From: Bacteroidales bacterium
Lineage (GTDB): Bacteria > Bacteroidota > Bacteroidia > Bacteroidales > UBA7960
DNA: 64,000 nt
Assembly: GCA_003559855.1 (NCBI GenBank)
Contig: PWJZ01000057.1
Span: 33,244 to 97,243, forward strand
Reading direction: 5' to 3'
Shown here: piece by piece, positions 37,853-47,318 of the stretch
Layout of the letters: each line of letters opens with the position of its first letter
How positions within the stretch are numbered: the stretch's first letter is position 1
Program-made: the position numbers and the translations under genes
Notes under the pieces: model-generated
The model's database searches: none
Seen by the model: the letters and a program-made list of their open reading frames with translations, nothing else
What the model was told of the DNA's origin: nothing

Positions 37853-40800
37853 TTATTGTACTTTATGCGTTTCAAGGTATTTTGTTTTATAAATGGCATT
37901 GTATATTGCCTGAAGTATTTCGGCTCTGATATTCATATCTATCAATTTACGGTTTGATGCAAACGGATGTATCCTGTTTGCCAGGAACACATACACCAGG
38001 TTTTCTTCCGGGTCAGCCCATGCGAATGTTCCTGTAAAGCCGCTATGTCCGTAGCTGTGGGGTGAAGCGCTTCGGCTTGCAGGAAATCCGTTATCATCCG
38101 TGCTGGGCTTGTCAAAGCCCAGTCCTCGCCTATTTTTATTATCGTCATATTGCCTGCTTGTAAATTCCTTTAAAACCTTTTCGCATATAAATTGCTGCCC
38201 GCCATAATAGCCGTTTTGCAAAAACATCTGCATCATAACAGCCATATCCAGGGCATTTGAAAACAGACCGGCATGGCCTGAAACGCCGCCAAGCATTGCT
38301 GCCCCCGGATCATGAACATGCCCGCGCAATAACTGCCGGCGAAACAAAGTATCTTTTTCAGTAGGAACAATACGAGTCTTGTCAAACTTTTCCAATGGAT
38401 TGAATGTCATAGTATGCAATCCCATCGGAGCGTAAAAGTTGACTCTCATGTATTCATCAAGGCTCATGGCGCTGAGCTCTTTTATTATCTCTGCAAGAAT
38501 GTAAAAACCCAGATCGCTGTAAACATATTTTTGCCCGCTGAGAAGCGGAGTTTCAGCTATTTTCTGGAATAATGTGTCACAGTAATTTTTGTGGATAAAC
38601 ATGTTTTCTGCAACCTTCACCGGATATTTTTTACTGTATTTATTCCTGTATATCTGCGGATCGGGTCGCTGACGATCGATAGTTTCGAGGTAAAAAGGTA
38701 TCCATGACCTCAATCCACTTTGGTGGGCAAGAATATCCCTGAGAATTATACCTTCAATATTCGAATCTTTAAGCCATGGGAGGTAATACCCCACTTTTTT
38801 ATCAATATCTATCAGATCATTGCTTTTCATGTGCATAATGGCAGCGGTTGTTGCAGCTATTTTCGTCAATGAGGCTAAGTCGTAAATATCGGAGTTTTTA
38901 ACTTCCCTGCACCGGTCATAGGTATGATGTCCATATGAGCGGTTGACAATAACATTGCCGTCTTTTATCACCACAACCTGTGCCCCCGGATAAGCCTTTG
39001 CAGAGATCCCTTTTTCTGCTATTGAATCCATAGTGTTTATAATATCAGGTGAAACACCCGTTTCTTCGGGTGAAGCAAAACGAACCCTGAAATTTTCCGG
39101 CGTTTTAATACCTGTACCAACAGGAAAAAACGGGGTTGCGCTTACAGGCAATTTTCCCCTGGCCGGAATACCTCCGAAAATTACCTGCGCTGAGACCTCT
39201 TCATAAAGATCGCCGTCCTGATAAGAAATGAGTATCGATTCAATATCGGTTATCTTATCGAAAAAATTCAAAACATATGGATTGGCAAATAAATTCAATA
39301 TAACGCTGTTGTCTTTGGAAATATCTTGTATGAAACTGATAATGTTATCATTAACGCCGTAATTTAAAGCCGGGAATTTTGAATTGTTGTGCAGCGATAT
39401 GATAACAAGGTTGTATTCATGCAGACGTTCAATTATTTCTTTTAATTGTGAGTTACTGTAATTTCTGGATACCGTGAATAAATCGACAGGATAATATTTG
39501 GTCAGGATATTCTGAAATCTGTTGATAGAATCTGCGCCTATTGCTAATGAGGCTATTTTAAGTGTATCAAAATTTTTAACGGGAATAACATCATTGTTAT
39601 TTTTTATTAGGGTTATGGCATTTTCAATGAGTTTTTTGTTTAGCAGCAGGGCTTTTTGTGTGTTCAGGTCTTCATTAAGGTCATATTCATTGGCAGGCTT
39701 ATAGTTATCAAGCCCGATCATTTCTTTATAAAAAAGTATTTTTCTGCATTTTTTGTTAAGCAAATCTTCTGATATTTTGCCTTTTTCAATAGCATTTTTT
39801 ATGGTTTTTATGGCAAGGGGTACATTTTCGGGCAGGAGGAGGATATCGTTACCGGCTTTAAGGGCCATAAGTTCCAGTTCTCCCGGTTCAAAATAATCGC
39901 TTACTCCTTTCATGTCAAGAGCATCGGTAATGATAAGCCCTTCAAAGCCCATTTTGTTTTGCAGTAAACCTGTAACGACTTTGTTTGAAAGGCTTGCGGC
40001 AAGGTTTTTTGTATTATCGTATGCGGGTATATTCAGATGTGCTGTCATTACGGATTTTACTCCATTGTTGAAGAGTTGCCTGAAAGGGTAAAGATGCAAT
40101 GAATCAATAAGTTTATGATCATGATCTATTACCGGCAGGGTGTTATGAGAATCGGCATATGTGTCGCCATGACCGGGAAAATGTTTTGCAGTGGCTATTA
40201 TGCCCCAGTCTTGCATTCCCATCATATATGCTGAACTTTTTCTTGACACGTTATATCTGCATTCGCCAAATGAACGAAAGTTTATCACAGGGTTTAAAGG
40301 GTTGCTGTTAACGTCGGCTACCGGGGCAAAATTAATATGGGTTCCTATTCGTCTTAGCTGACGGGCTATTTCCATACCCGTTTCATATATATGCTTTTCA
40401 CCGGCAATAGCTCCCAGCGTCATTTGCTGAGGAAAGGAAATTGTGCTGTCAAGACGCATACCCAAGCCCCATTCGGCATCCATGGCAATAAACAAAGGCG
40501 TACGGGCATGCTCCTGGAAATGATTGGTCTTTTTTAACTGACGGTGCGGATAACCCCTGAAAAAAGCAATGCCACCTATGTTATACCTGTCAATAATATC
40601 CGTTATACTGTCATAGTAAGTCTTTTCTTCATCCACCAGCAACTGAAGCATCAGAAAATCACTTATAGGATCCGGCTTAACCGGTTCTTTGTCGGTATGA
40701 ACCCTGATCATCAACAACTGGGCAATACGCTCTTCGATGGTAAGCGATTGAAATACAGAATCAACCCACGGAGTTGAATAGCGATCATAGATCCTGTAGC

Positions 40801-40903
40801 CGCCTGTTTCGCCAAACTCATCTGCCGAAGCGGAAAAACCCTTAAAACCAGAAAACGGCGAACCTAATAAAATACAAGAAAATATGATTATTCTGTATAA
40901 CAT
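37853..40903 (-). CDS. GH3 beta-N-acetylhexosaminidase (NagZ-like) fused to a beta-lactamase-fold serine hydrolase
   Basis: 1016-aa ORF with a signal peptide. GH3 motifs: KHFPGHGDT and GLIITDALDM. The C-terminal domain has SxxK (ASLTK), YSD and HSGFTGT motifs. Confidence 0.9.
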   Translation of the reverse strand: MLYRIIIFSCILLGSPFSGFKGFSASADEFGETGGYRIYDRYSTPWVDSVFQSLTIEERIAQLLMIRVHTDKEPVKPDPISDFLMLQLLVDEEKTYYDSITDIIDRYNIGGIAFFRGYPHRQLKKTNHFQEHARTPLFIAMDAEWGLGMRLDSTISFPQQMTLGAIAGEKHIYETGMEIARQLRRIGTHINFAPVADVNSNPLNPVINFRSFGECRYNVSRKSSAYMMGMQDWGIIATAKHFPGHGDTYADSHNTLPVIDHDHKLIDSLHLYPFRQLFNNGVKSVMTAHLNIPAYDNTKNLAASLSNKVVTGLLQNKMGFEGLIITDALDMKGVSDYFEPGELELMALKAGNDILLLPENVPLAIKTIKNAIEKGKISEDLLNKKCRKILFYKEMIGLDNYKPANEYDLNEDLNTQKALLLNKKLIENAITLIKNNNDVIPVKNFDTLKIASLAIGADSINRFQNILTKYYPVDLFTVSRNYSNSQLKEIIERLHEYNLVIISLHNNSKFPALNYGVNDNIISFIQDISKDNSVILNLFANPYVLNFFDKITDIESILISYQDGDLYEEVSAQVIFGGIPARGKLPVSATPFFPVGTGIKTPENFRVRFASPEETGVSPDIINTMDSIAEKGISAKAYPGAQVVVIKDGNVIVNRSYGHHTYDRCREVKNSDIYDLASLTKIAATTAAIMHMKSNDLIDIDKKVGYYLPWLKDSNIEGIILRDILAHQSGLRSWIPFYLETIDRQRPDPQIYRNKYSKKYPVKVAENMFIHKNYCDTLFQKIAETPLLSGQKYVYSDLGFYILAEIIKELSAMSLDEYMRVNFYAPMGLHTMTFNPLEKFDKTRIVPTEKDTLFRRQLLRGHVHDPGAAMLGGVSGHAGLFSNALDMAVMMQMFLQNGYYGGQQFICEKVLKEFTSRQYDDNKNRRGLGFDKPSTDDNGFPASRSASPHSYGHSGFTGTFAWADPEENLVYVFLANRIHPFASNRKLIDMNIRAEILQAIYNAIYKTKYLETHKVQ

Positions 40904-40951
40904 AAAATCGGAAATAATGATTTTAAATTAATTAGCCAGTAAAATTTTGTG

Positions 40952-40959
40952 CAAAGATA
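40952..40959 (-). promoter_or_regulatory. -7 box TATCTTTG upstream of the GH3/serine-hydrolase fusion gene
   Basis: Exact TAnnTTTG on the minus strand, 49 nt upstream of the ATG at 40903. Confidence 0.45.
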
Positions 40960-41055
40960 AAAGAATCCGTTTATATTTAGAATTGGCAATTGTATGATGG
41001 CTTGTTATTTTTTTGTTAAAGTTTTTTTTGTCTATATTCCATACCGGTTTTTTTT

Positions 41056-41063
41056 TACTTTTG
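41056..41063 (+). promoter_or_regulatory. -7 box TACTTTTG upstream of the SLC13/TrkA-C permease gene
   Basis: Exact TAnnTTTG, 54 nt upstream of the ATG at 41117. Confidence 0.5.
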
Positions 41064-41116
41064 ATGGTTTGAAAGGTTATTATCAATCCGGTTATAATCA
41101 ATAAAATTTTTATAGC

Positions 41117-42886
41117 ATGGATCAGGTTTTGGTATTTGTTACGTTGGCTTTGACCTTGATACTTTTCATTTGGGGAAAGATTAGGTACGACATAGTAGCT
41201 TTACTTGCTTTGCTGTTTTTGGTTTTGATGGATATAGTACCTGCTGCTGAGGCCTTTTCGGGTTTTGGGCATCCTGCCGTAATAACTGTTGCAGCAGTGC
41301 TGATAGTTAGTCAGGCTTTGCAAAGATCCGGTTTGATAGATGTTGCAGGCAGGTTTTTGGATTTTGCCGGCAGTAATTTGTTGGTGCAAATTGCCATACT
41401 TTCACTTGTAGTTGCCGTAGCGTCTGCCTTTATGAATAATATTGGTGCCCTTGCCATTTTAATGCCTGTAGCGATCCACCTGGCACGTAAAAACGGTTAT
41501 TCACCCTCATATTTACTTATGCCGATGGCTTTTGCTTCATTGCTGGGAGGAATGACAACACTCATCGGCACGCCGCCCAACATCATCATTGCTACATTCA
41601 GAGCAGATATCATGGGTGAGCCTTTTGGTATGTTCGATTTTTCGAAAGTGGGTGTTTTTGTGGCTATCGCAGGCATGATATTCATGGTTTTTATAGGCTG
41701 GATGTTGATACCAAAAAGAAAGGCGCAAAGTTCCGAAGAAGATTTTTTTGATATTGAAAATTATATCACGGAAGTTAAGGTTACCAAAGAAAGTAAAATA
41801 AAAAACAAGACCATCGGCGATCTGGAAGAATTTTCCGGTACCGGTGTTGTTGTACTGGGGTTGGTACGTGATAATAAACGTATTCATGCACCATCCGATT
41901 CGTTTGATCTGAAAACAAATGACATACTAATCCTTGAAGCTGATACTGATTCACTGAAGAGCTTTGTTGGTAATACAAAAACAGAGCTTGTCGGCGGGAA
42001 AAAATTTCACAAAGATGCCAAGGGATCAGACGATATATTGATTCAGGAAGCCGTAGTTATGGAAAATTCTCCATTGATAGATGAAACCGCAGCCGGTTTG
42101 CGTATGCGTTCGCGCTATGGGATCAATCTGTTGGCTATAGCACGGCGCGATAAAAAAATCAGGCAAAGGATAGACAATGTAAAATTCAGAACGGGAGATG
42201 TGTTATTATTGCAAGGCAGGAGCATAAACATCAATGATGCAATTACCTCAATGCAATGTTTGCCTCTTGCCAAAAGAGAGTTGTCAATTGGTGAAAAACG
42301 CAGAACTTTATTTGCTCTCTCAGTATTTTTTATTTCTGTAGTTTTGGTTGTTGCCGGCTTATTACCTGTTCAGATTGCATTTGCATTGGCGGCAGTAACC
42401 ATGGTATTATCAAAAATTCTTCATGTCAGGGACCTGTATAACAGTATAGACTGGCCTGTGATCATTCTTCTCGGGGCTATGATACCTGTGGGCACAGCTT
42501 TTGAAACAACCGGAGGGGCTATGCTGATAACGGAGCAAATAACAGGGGTAGGGCAGCAGTTTCCCCCATGGGTTTTACTTGCTATGTTGCTGATAATTAC
42601 CATGTTCCTTTCAGACCTGATTAATAACGCAGCAACGGTTGTACTTATGGCTCCCATAGCAATAAATACAGCTCATGAGCTTGGCTTTTCCGTTGACCCG
42701 TTTTTAATGGCAGTAGCAATAGGAGGCTCATGTGCCTTTCTGACGCCAATAGGTCATCAGTCAAATACATTGGTCATGGGTCCGGGAGGATATAAATTCG
42801 GAGATTACTGGCGTGTAGGACTGCCGCTCGAGATACTGATCGTTGCAGCAGGCGTGCCCTTAATAATGTGGTTCTGGCCACTATAA
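41117..42886 (+). CDS. SLC13/DASS-family permease with two central TrkA-C (RCK C-terminal) domains
   Basis: 589-aa ORF. TM blocks flank two cytoplasmic repeats (ITEVKVTKESKIKNKTIGDL...; IQEAVVMENSPLIDETAAGL...). NNIGA and NNAAT permease motifs are present. Confidence 0.9.
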   Translation: MDQVLVFVTLALTLILFIWGKIRYDIVALLALLFLVLMDIVPAAEAFSGFGHPAVITVAAVLIVSQALQRSGLIDVAGRFLDFAGSNLLVQIAILSLVVAVASAFMNNIGALAILMPVAIHLARKNGYSPSYLLMPMAFASLLGGMTTLIGTPPNIIIATFRADIMGEPFGMFDFSKVGVFVAIAGMIFMVFIGWMLIPKRKAQSSEEDFFDIENYITEVKVTKESKIKNKTIGDLEEFSGTGVVVLGLVRDNKRIHAPSDSFDLKTNDILILEADTDSLKSFVGNTKTELVGGKKFHKDAKGSDDILIQEAVVMENSPLIDETAAGLRMRSRYGINLLAIARRDKKIRQRIDNVKFRTGDVLLLQGRSININDAITSMQCLPLAKRELSIGEKRRTLFALSVFFISVVLVVAGLLPVQIAFALAAVTMVLSKILHVRDLYNSIDWPVIILLGAMIPVGTAFETTGGAMLITEQITGVGQQFPPWVLLAMLLIITMFLSDLINNAATVVLMAPIAINTAHELGFSVDPFLMAVAIGGSCAFLTPIGHQSNTLVMGPGGYKFGDYWRVGLPLEILIVAAGVPLIMWFWPL

Positions 42887-42983
42887 TATTTCAGGAGTTT
42901 ATTTGAAACTTTATAATATAACGTTAATTGTTTTAAAGACTATTTGGTGATAAGGACGGGTGTGACCGGTAAGCGCTGCAGTA

Positions 42984-43026
42984 ATACCCATATACCTGTC
43001 AACCTGTAAACCAATATACCTGTTAA
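42984..43026. repeat. degenerate 8-nt-period repeat (ATACCTGT family, 5 units)
   Basis: The pentamers cccat/cctgt/cctgt/ccaat/cctgt start at 42987, 42995, 43003, 43011 and 43019, exactly 8 nt apart. Confidence 0.6.
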
Positions 43027-43047
43027 TTTAAATATGAGTTTTTTAAA

Positions 43048-43728
43048 ATGCTGATTAACAGTAATAAAGAAAAATGTCCGCTTTGTAAAAGCCGCAGTAA
43101 TCCGTTTTATAAAGATAAACGCTGCTCCTATTTCAAGTGTACAAACTGTATGTCGGTATTTCTTGACAGAAAACAGTTGCCCGATAGTGAAACAGAGATG
43201 AAACGGTACCTTGAACATAATAATGACGTTAATGACCCGGGATATCAGAAATTTGTCAGCCCAATAGTGTCAAGTGTATTAAATGATTTTACAAAAAAAG
43301 ATTACGGACTTGATTATGGTGCCGGCCCGGGGCCGGTTGTCGCCAAATTGCTGAAAGAGAAAAACTTTCAAATTGAAGTGTATGACCCCTTTTTTCATGA
43401 TGATAAAAAAGTGCTGGCAAAAAAATATAACTACATAATATGTTGTGAAGTTATTGAACATTTTCACCATCCAAAAAAAGAATTTGAAAAGCTGAAGAAT
43501 ATGTTATTGCCAAACGGAAAAATTTATTGTATGACAGATCTCTATGATGAAGAAATTGATTTTCGAAACTGGTATTATAAGAATGACCAGACGCATGTTT
43601 TCATATACCACGAAAAAGCGCTTGAATGGATAAAGGGAAACTTGAATTTTACAGGTATAAATGTGGATGACAGACTTATAACGTTTAGCATCATTACTGA
43701 TCATATGAAAAAGGTAAGCGATGAATAA
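43048..43728 (+). CDS. class I SAM-dependent methyltransferase with N-terminal Cys4 zinc ribbon
   Basis: 226-aa ORF. CPLC...CTNC at the N-terminus. SAM motif I is GLDYGAGPGPV. The stop overlaps the next gene's start by 8 nt. Confidence 0.8.
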   Translation: MLINSNKEKCPLCKSRSNPFYKDKRCSYFKCTNCMSVFLDRKQLPDSETEMKRYLEHNNDVNDPGYQKFVSPIVSSVLNDFTKKDYGLDYGAGPGPVVAKLLKEKNFQIEVYDPFFHDDKKVLAKKYNYIICCEVIEHFHHPKKEFEKLKNMLLPNGKIYCMTDLYDEEIDFRNWYYKNDQTHVFIYHEKALEWIKGNLNFTGINVDDRLITFSIITDHMKKVSDE

Positions 43729-44215
43729 TATAAGACCGGCTAAAATGGCCGATTTGGAAGAAATAACCCATATTTACAATCAGGCTGTATTATCCGGATT
43801 TGAAACTGCCGACATGGTTGTGATGAAACCGGAAGAAAGACTGGATTGGTTTAAGTTTCATGTTCGGGATGCTTACCCTCTGTTTGTTTATGAACGGAAT
43901 GACAAAGTTGTTGGCTGGGTAAGTGTAAGTCCTTACAGACCGGGCAGGGAAGCATTTAGATATACGGTTGAGATCAGCTATTATGTACATAATAATTTGA
44001 AGCGTAAAGGAATTGGCAGCAGGATGATTGAATATGTATTGGAAAGATGCAGGGAATTAAAGTATAAAACGGTTATTGCCCTTATATTAGACAAGAATAG
44101 TGCAAGCATAAACCTGCTTTCCGGTTTTGATTTTGTAAGATGGGGTCACTTGCCGGATATTGCTGATTTTGATGGGACCGAATGCGGTCATGTTATATAC
44201 GGAAGAAGAATCTGA
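43721..44215 (+). CDS. GNAT N-acetyltransferase (phosphinothricin/MSO acetyltransferase-like)
   Basis: 164-aa ORF. IRPAKMADLEEITHIYNQAV plus the acetyl-CoA motif RKGIGSRMIEYVLE. Confidence 0.85.
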   Translation: MNNIRPAKMADLEEITHIYNQAVLSGFETADMVVMKPEERLDWFKFHVRDAYPLFVYERNDKVVGWVSVSPYRPGREAFRYTVEISYYVHNNLKRKGIGSRMIEYVLERCRELKYKTVIALILDKNSASINLLSGFDFVRWGHLPDIADFDGTECGHVIYGRRI

Positions 44216-44310
44216 GTGGTATTTTTTTAAGGAAAAAAATATAAATAGTTTATGTTTTTTTGTAATTTTAGACCAATAAAATGAATTTTCAGGTTTAAAA
44301 ATTATTTATC

Positions 44311-45420
44311 ATGGACGATCGATTAATCACAATTGCCGCAGATCACTTTACTGCAGCGGAGGTTCTTAAAGCGCGCCTTGAGGATGCCGGCATAAAGTGT
44401 TTTTTGAAAGATGTCAACATATTGCAGGGTGCTGTTTCTGAAGGTGTAAGGATTCAGATACGTGAAAAAGACGTTGAGAAAGCCTTGCAATTGATACATA
44501 CATGGAAGGCTGAGCAGGAAAAAGCCGAAATGAAAGATATTAAAGATATCCGAAGGATACTGGCGCCGGTTGATTTTTCTGATTATTCAAAAAATGCCTG
44601 TATATATGCGCTTGACATGGCTCATAAATTGAAAAGCGATCTGAAGATCTTTCACGTTTATTATGCCCCTATTATTGACCTTGTTCCAATTACGGATGCA
44701 TACAGTGTGCAGGTTGATATGGATATAAATCTCAGGGAGATGGAAGAAAGTGCAAGGAAAAAACTTGTCGGTTTCGTTAATGATATTAAATCTATAGCAA
44801 AAGACAGGGGTATGGAAGATGTAAAGATAAGCTATTCGTTGCGCGAAGGGATAATAGAGGATGAAGTGGCTGCTATGGCAAAGACCTATAAGCCCGGAAT
44901 TATCGTTGTAGGCACCAGGGGCAAAGGTGAGAAACAAACCGAGATAATCGGAAGCGTGGTTTACCGGATCTGTGATAAAACGCGAGTACCGATACTTGCA
45001 ATACCCGAAAAATCCGAATTTACCCCTGATAACGAAGTCAGAAACGTAGTTTATGCAACCGAATTTGATGATTCGGACTTTGTTGCGATCAGGCGGTTGA
45101 TGAATATTTTATCACCTTTTAATGTTAATATTTATTGTATTCATATTGCAAAAGAAGGTAAAAAAACATGGGATGAAAGTAAAATGGAAGCGCTGAAGCA
45201 TTATTTCAAAAAAGTTAAAAAGGGTGTGAAAATAGAATGTAACCTGCTCGAAGGAAGTGACGTTTTCAAAGAACTTGAAGATTATATCAAAAAGCATAAT
45301 ATTGACCTTATTGCTATAAGCAACAGAAAGCGCGGGTTAATATACAGGTTGTTTAACCCTGATATAACCAAGCAATTGCTGATTCGGAGCACAATGCCAT
45401 TGCTGATCTTCAGGTCGTGA
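44311..45420 (+). CDS. tandem universal stress protein (2 x Usp) with N-terminal DUF2007-like domain
   Basis: 369-aa ORF. Two Usp units are visible (ILAPVDFSDYS...GIIVVGTRGKG and VVYATEFDDSD...DLIAISNRKRG). Confidence 0.85.
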   Translation: MDDRLITIAADHFTAAEVLKARLEDAGIKCFLKDVNILQGAVSEGVRIQIREKDVEKALQLIHTWKAEQEKAEMKDIKDIRRILAPVDFSDYSKNACIYALDMAHKLKSDLKIFHVYYAPIIDLVPITDAYSVQVDMDINLREMEESARKKLVGFVNDIKSIAKDRGMEDVKISYSLREGIIEDEVAAMAKTYKPGIIVVGTRGKGEKQTEIIGSVVYRICDKTRVPILAIPEKSEFTPDNEVRNVVYATEFDDSDFVAIRRLMNILSPFNVNIYCIHIAKEGKKTWDESKMEALKHYFKKVKKGVKIECNLLEGSDVFKELEDYIKKHNIDLIAISNRKRGLIYRLFNPDITKQLLIRSTMPLLIFRS

Positions 45421-45445
45421 TTATTTTATATTTACTGGTAATACT

Positions 45446-45588
45446 AAAAAAAGGCCGTATCAAAAATTGATTTATCTCTGAAACTTTTTAAGACTTCTTT
45501 GCACACCTCTATGTCATTTATGCCTTATCACAAAAGGATGCAATGATTTTCGCAAAGTTTTACAAAATATTGATACAGCCTTTTTTTT
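45446..45588. repeat. long imperfect inverted repeat flanked by an A-run and a T-run between convergent genes
   Basis: AAAAAAAGGCCGTATCAAAAATT (45446-45468) pairs with AAATATTGATACAGCCTTTTTTTT (45565-45588). The interior has a second inverted repeat, CTTTGC...GCAAAG. Confidence 0.6.
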
Positions 45589-45605
45589 ATTAGGTTTGAT
45601 AAAAG

Positions 45606-46028
45606 CTACTCGTCATCAAGAAGCTGTCTGACTTTTTTGGAAATTTTATTTCTTCTTTCTTGGGTTTTTCTAACTGTTTCTCTGGCATGGGCTAAAACGT
45701 CGTTCCATGTCTCGAGGCTTGCCTCCTTTACCTTTACCAGCTCTTCATCTAGTCTTGATTTTTGCTCTTTTAACTCGGTACGTGCTTTTTTCAATTCTTC
45801 CCTGACTTCACCGGAAGCTTTTTCAATCTCTTGCTCAACATATTTTATCCGCTCTTCAATATCATCTCTTATTTGTTTTATGCTGACCTCAGTATCTTCT
45901 TTTGCCTCTTTTAACTGTTCTTCCTGTATCCTTCTGGCTTGTCTCTGACCGTCGCCACATGCAACAAATAACATCATAATAAGCAATAAAAGCGATAAGC
46001 CCTGAAATTTTTTGAATGAAGTTTTCAT
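45606..46028 (-). CDS. hypothetical coiled-coil lipoprotein
   Basis: 140-aa ORF with a lipobox (IMMLFVAC). The rest is charged E/K/R-rich heptad-like sequence. Confidence 0.55.
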   Translation of the reverse strand: MKTSFKKFQGLSLLLLIMMLFVACGDGQRQARRIQEEQLKEAKEDTEVSIKQIRDDIEERIKYVEQEIEKASGEVREELKKARTELKEQKSRLDEELVKVKEASLETWNDVLAHARETVRKTQERRNKISKKVRQLLDDE

Positions 46029-46307
46029 AATAATTTTCTTTTAAGTTTTTAATATTAATTGGTTTATATGTATGTTAGCTACATGTTTGTATCAGAAAAA
46101 AATAATTTATGGTTTAATATGTTGTATTACAAGGTTGTAAATCGTAAAAACCATAAAACATTGTAAATATGCAACGAATATAGTAAAAAAAGATGGAATT
46201 TGAAAAAATATTGAGAATATGTTGTGAGTAATAAATTTTTAAAAAATATAAATGATCTGCATAACCTGGCAAAACTATTCTGTAACACCTTAGTGTTTTT
46301 CTCTGCA

Positions 46308-47069
46308 TCAAATTTCCAGTTTCAACCCGTCGTAAGCAGGTGAAATATTGTCAGGCAGTATTTTTTCAACTTCTTTGTGGTATCCCATCTGATGGCTGAT
46401 GTGTATTATGTAGCCATGTTCGGGATTAAGGTTGAGCAAAATATCAGTTGCTTCTTTCAGGGAAAAGTGCGAGATATGTTTTTTTTTTCTCAGAGCGTTG
46501 ATAATGACATATTTTGACCCTCTCATTTTGCTGAGTTCTTCAGGGCTTATTTTGTTTGCATCGGTAAGATATGAGAATTCGCCGATCCGGAAGCCGAATA
46601 CGGGCAGTTTGTGATGAAGGGCTTCTATGGGTGAAATTGTGAGCTCATTTATCTTAAAGGGTTTGTTTACAATATCATGAAGATTGATTCTTGGAACACC
46701 GGGATATCTTTCCTCCTCGAATGCGTAAAAGAATTCTCTTTTTATCGAGTCCATCACATCACGGCGGGCATAAATATCCATGGCTTTCTTTTGCACCCAG
46801 TTAAAAGCTCTCACATCGTCCAGGCCGCCTATATGGTCTTTATGGTCGTGCGTTATTAAAATGGCGTCGAGTTTTTTAACTTTTTCACGAAGCATTTGCT
46901 GGCGAAAATCAGGCCCGGCATCAATAACTATTTTTGCAGATGGTGTTTCGATCATAACCGAGGTGCGTAAGCGCTTGTCAAAAATATCATTGCTCTTACA
47001 AACCCTGCAGTCGCATGCCACTACAGGTATTCCCTGAGATGTCCCCGTTCCTAAAACCGTTACTTTCAT
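46308..47069 (-). CDS. MBL-fold metallo-hydrolase (PhnP-like)
   Basis: 253-aa ORF. N-terminal Cys cluster (CDCRVC), ILITHDHKDHIGGLDD (HxHxDH), C-terminal H motif. Confidence 0.85.
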   Translation of the reverse strand: MKVTVLGTGTSQGIPVVACDCRVCKSNDIFDKRLRTSVMIETPSAKIVIDAGPDFRQQMLREKVKKLDAILITHDHKDHIGGLDDVRAFNWVQKKAMDIYARRDVMDSIKREFFYAFEEERYPGVPRINLHDIVNKPFKINELTISPIEALHHKLPVFGFRIGEFSYLTDANKISPEELSKMRGSKYVIINALRKKKHISHFSLKEATDILLNLNPEHGYIIHISHQMGYHKEVEKILPDNISPAYDGLKLEI

Positions 47070-47118
47070 ATATATACTCTTTTTGTTCTGTAACCTGAAA
47101 TCAGTATATGTTTCGGTA

Positions 47119-47126
47119 CAAATTTA
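47119..47126 (-). promoter_or_regulatory. -7 box TAAATTTG upstream of the MBL-fold hydrolase gene
   Basis: Exact TAnnTTTG on the minus strand, 50 nt upstream of the ATG at 47069. Confidence 0.45.
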
Positions 47127-47180
47127 TATAAATATTCGTGTAATGCTAACATTTAAATGGAACCCACAATATCAACCCAT

Positions 47181-47222
47181 TACCTGCTAACCGCTACCCG
47201 CCACCCGTTTCCCGCCACTGAT
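47181..47222. repeat. degenerate 7-nt-period tandem repeat (TAMCCGC family, 6 units)
   Basis: tacctgc taaccgc tacccgc cacccgt ttcccgc cactgat. Confidence 0.7.
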
Positions 47223-47318
47223 AAATATCTTCACAGCAACCTTGAAAAATTATTTACCCATATACAACTTACATAGTTTATATTAACAAAAAATGTATAT
47301 TCGCATAAAAATAGAAAT

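Noticed and set aside
42940-43218. 92-aa minus-strand ORF spanning the gap upstream of the methyltransferase gene.
   Set aside because: It runs antisense through the 8-nt-period repeat and the 5' end of a well-supported methyltransferase CDS. It has no motifs.
46114-46311. 65-aa ORF in the gap between the lipoprotein gene and the MBL hydrolase gene.
   Set aside because: The translation is AT-rich and Y/F/I-rich. It overlaps the MBL stop codon, has no signal or motif, and the region looks like promoter or UTR DNA.
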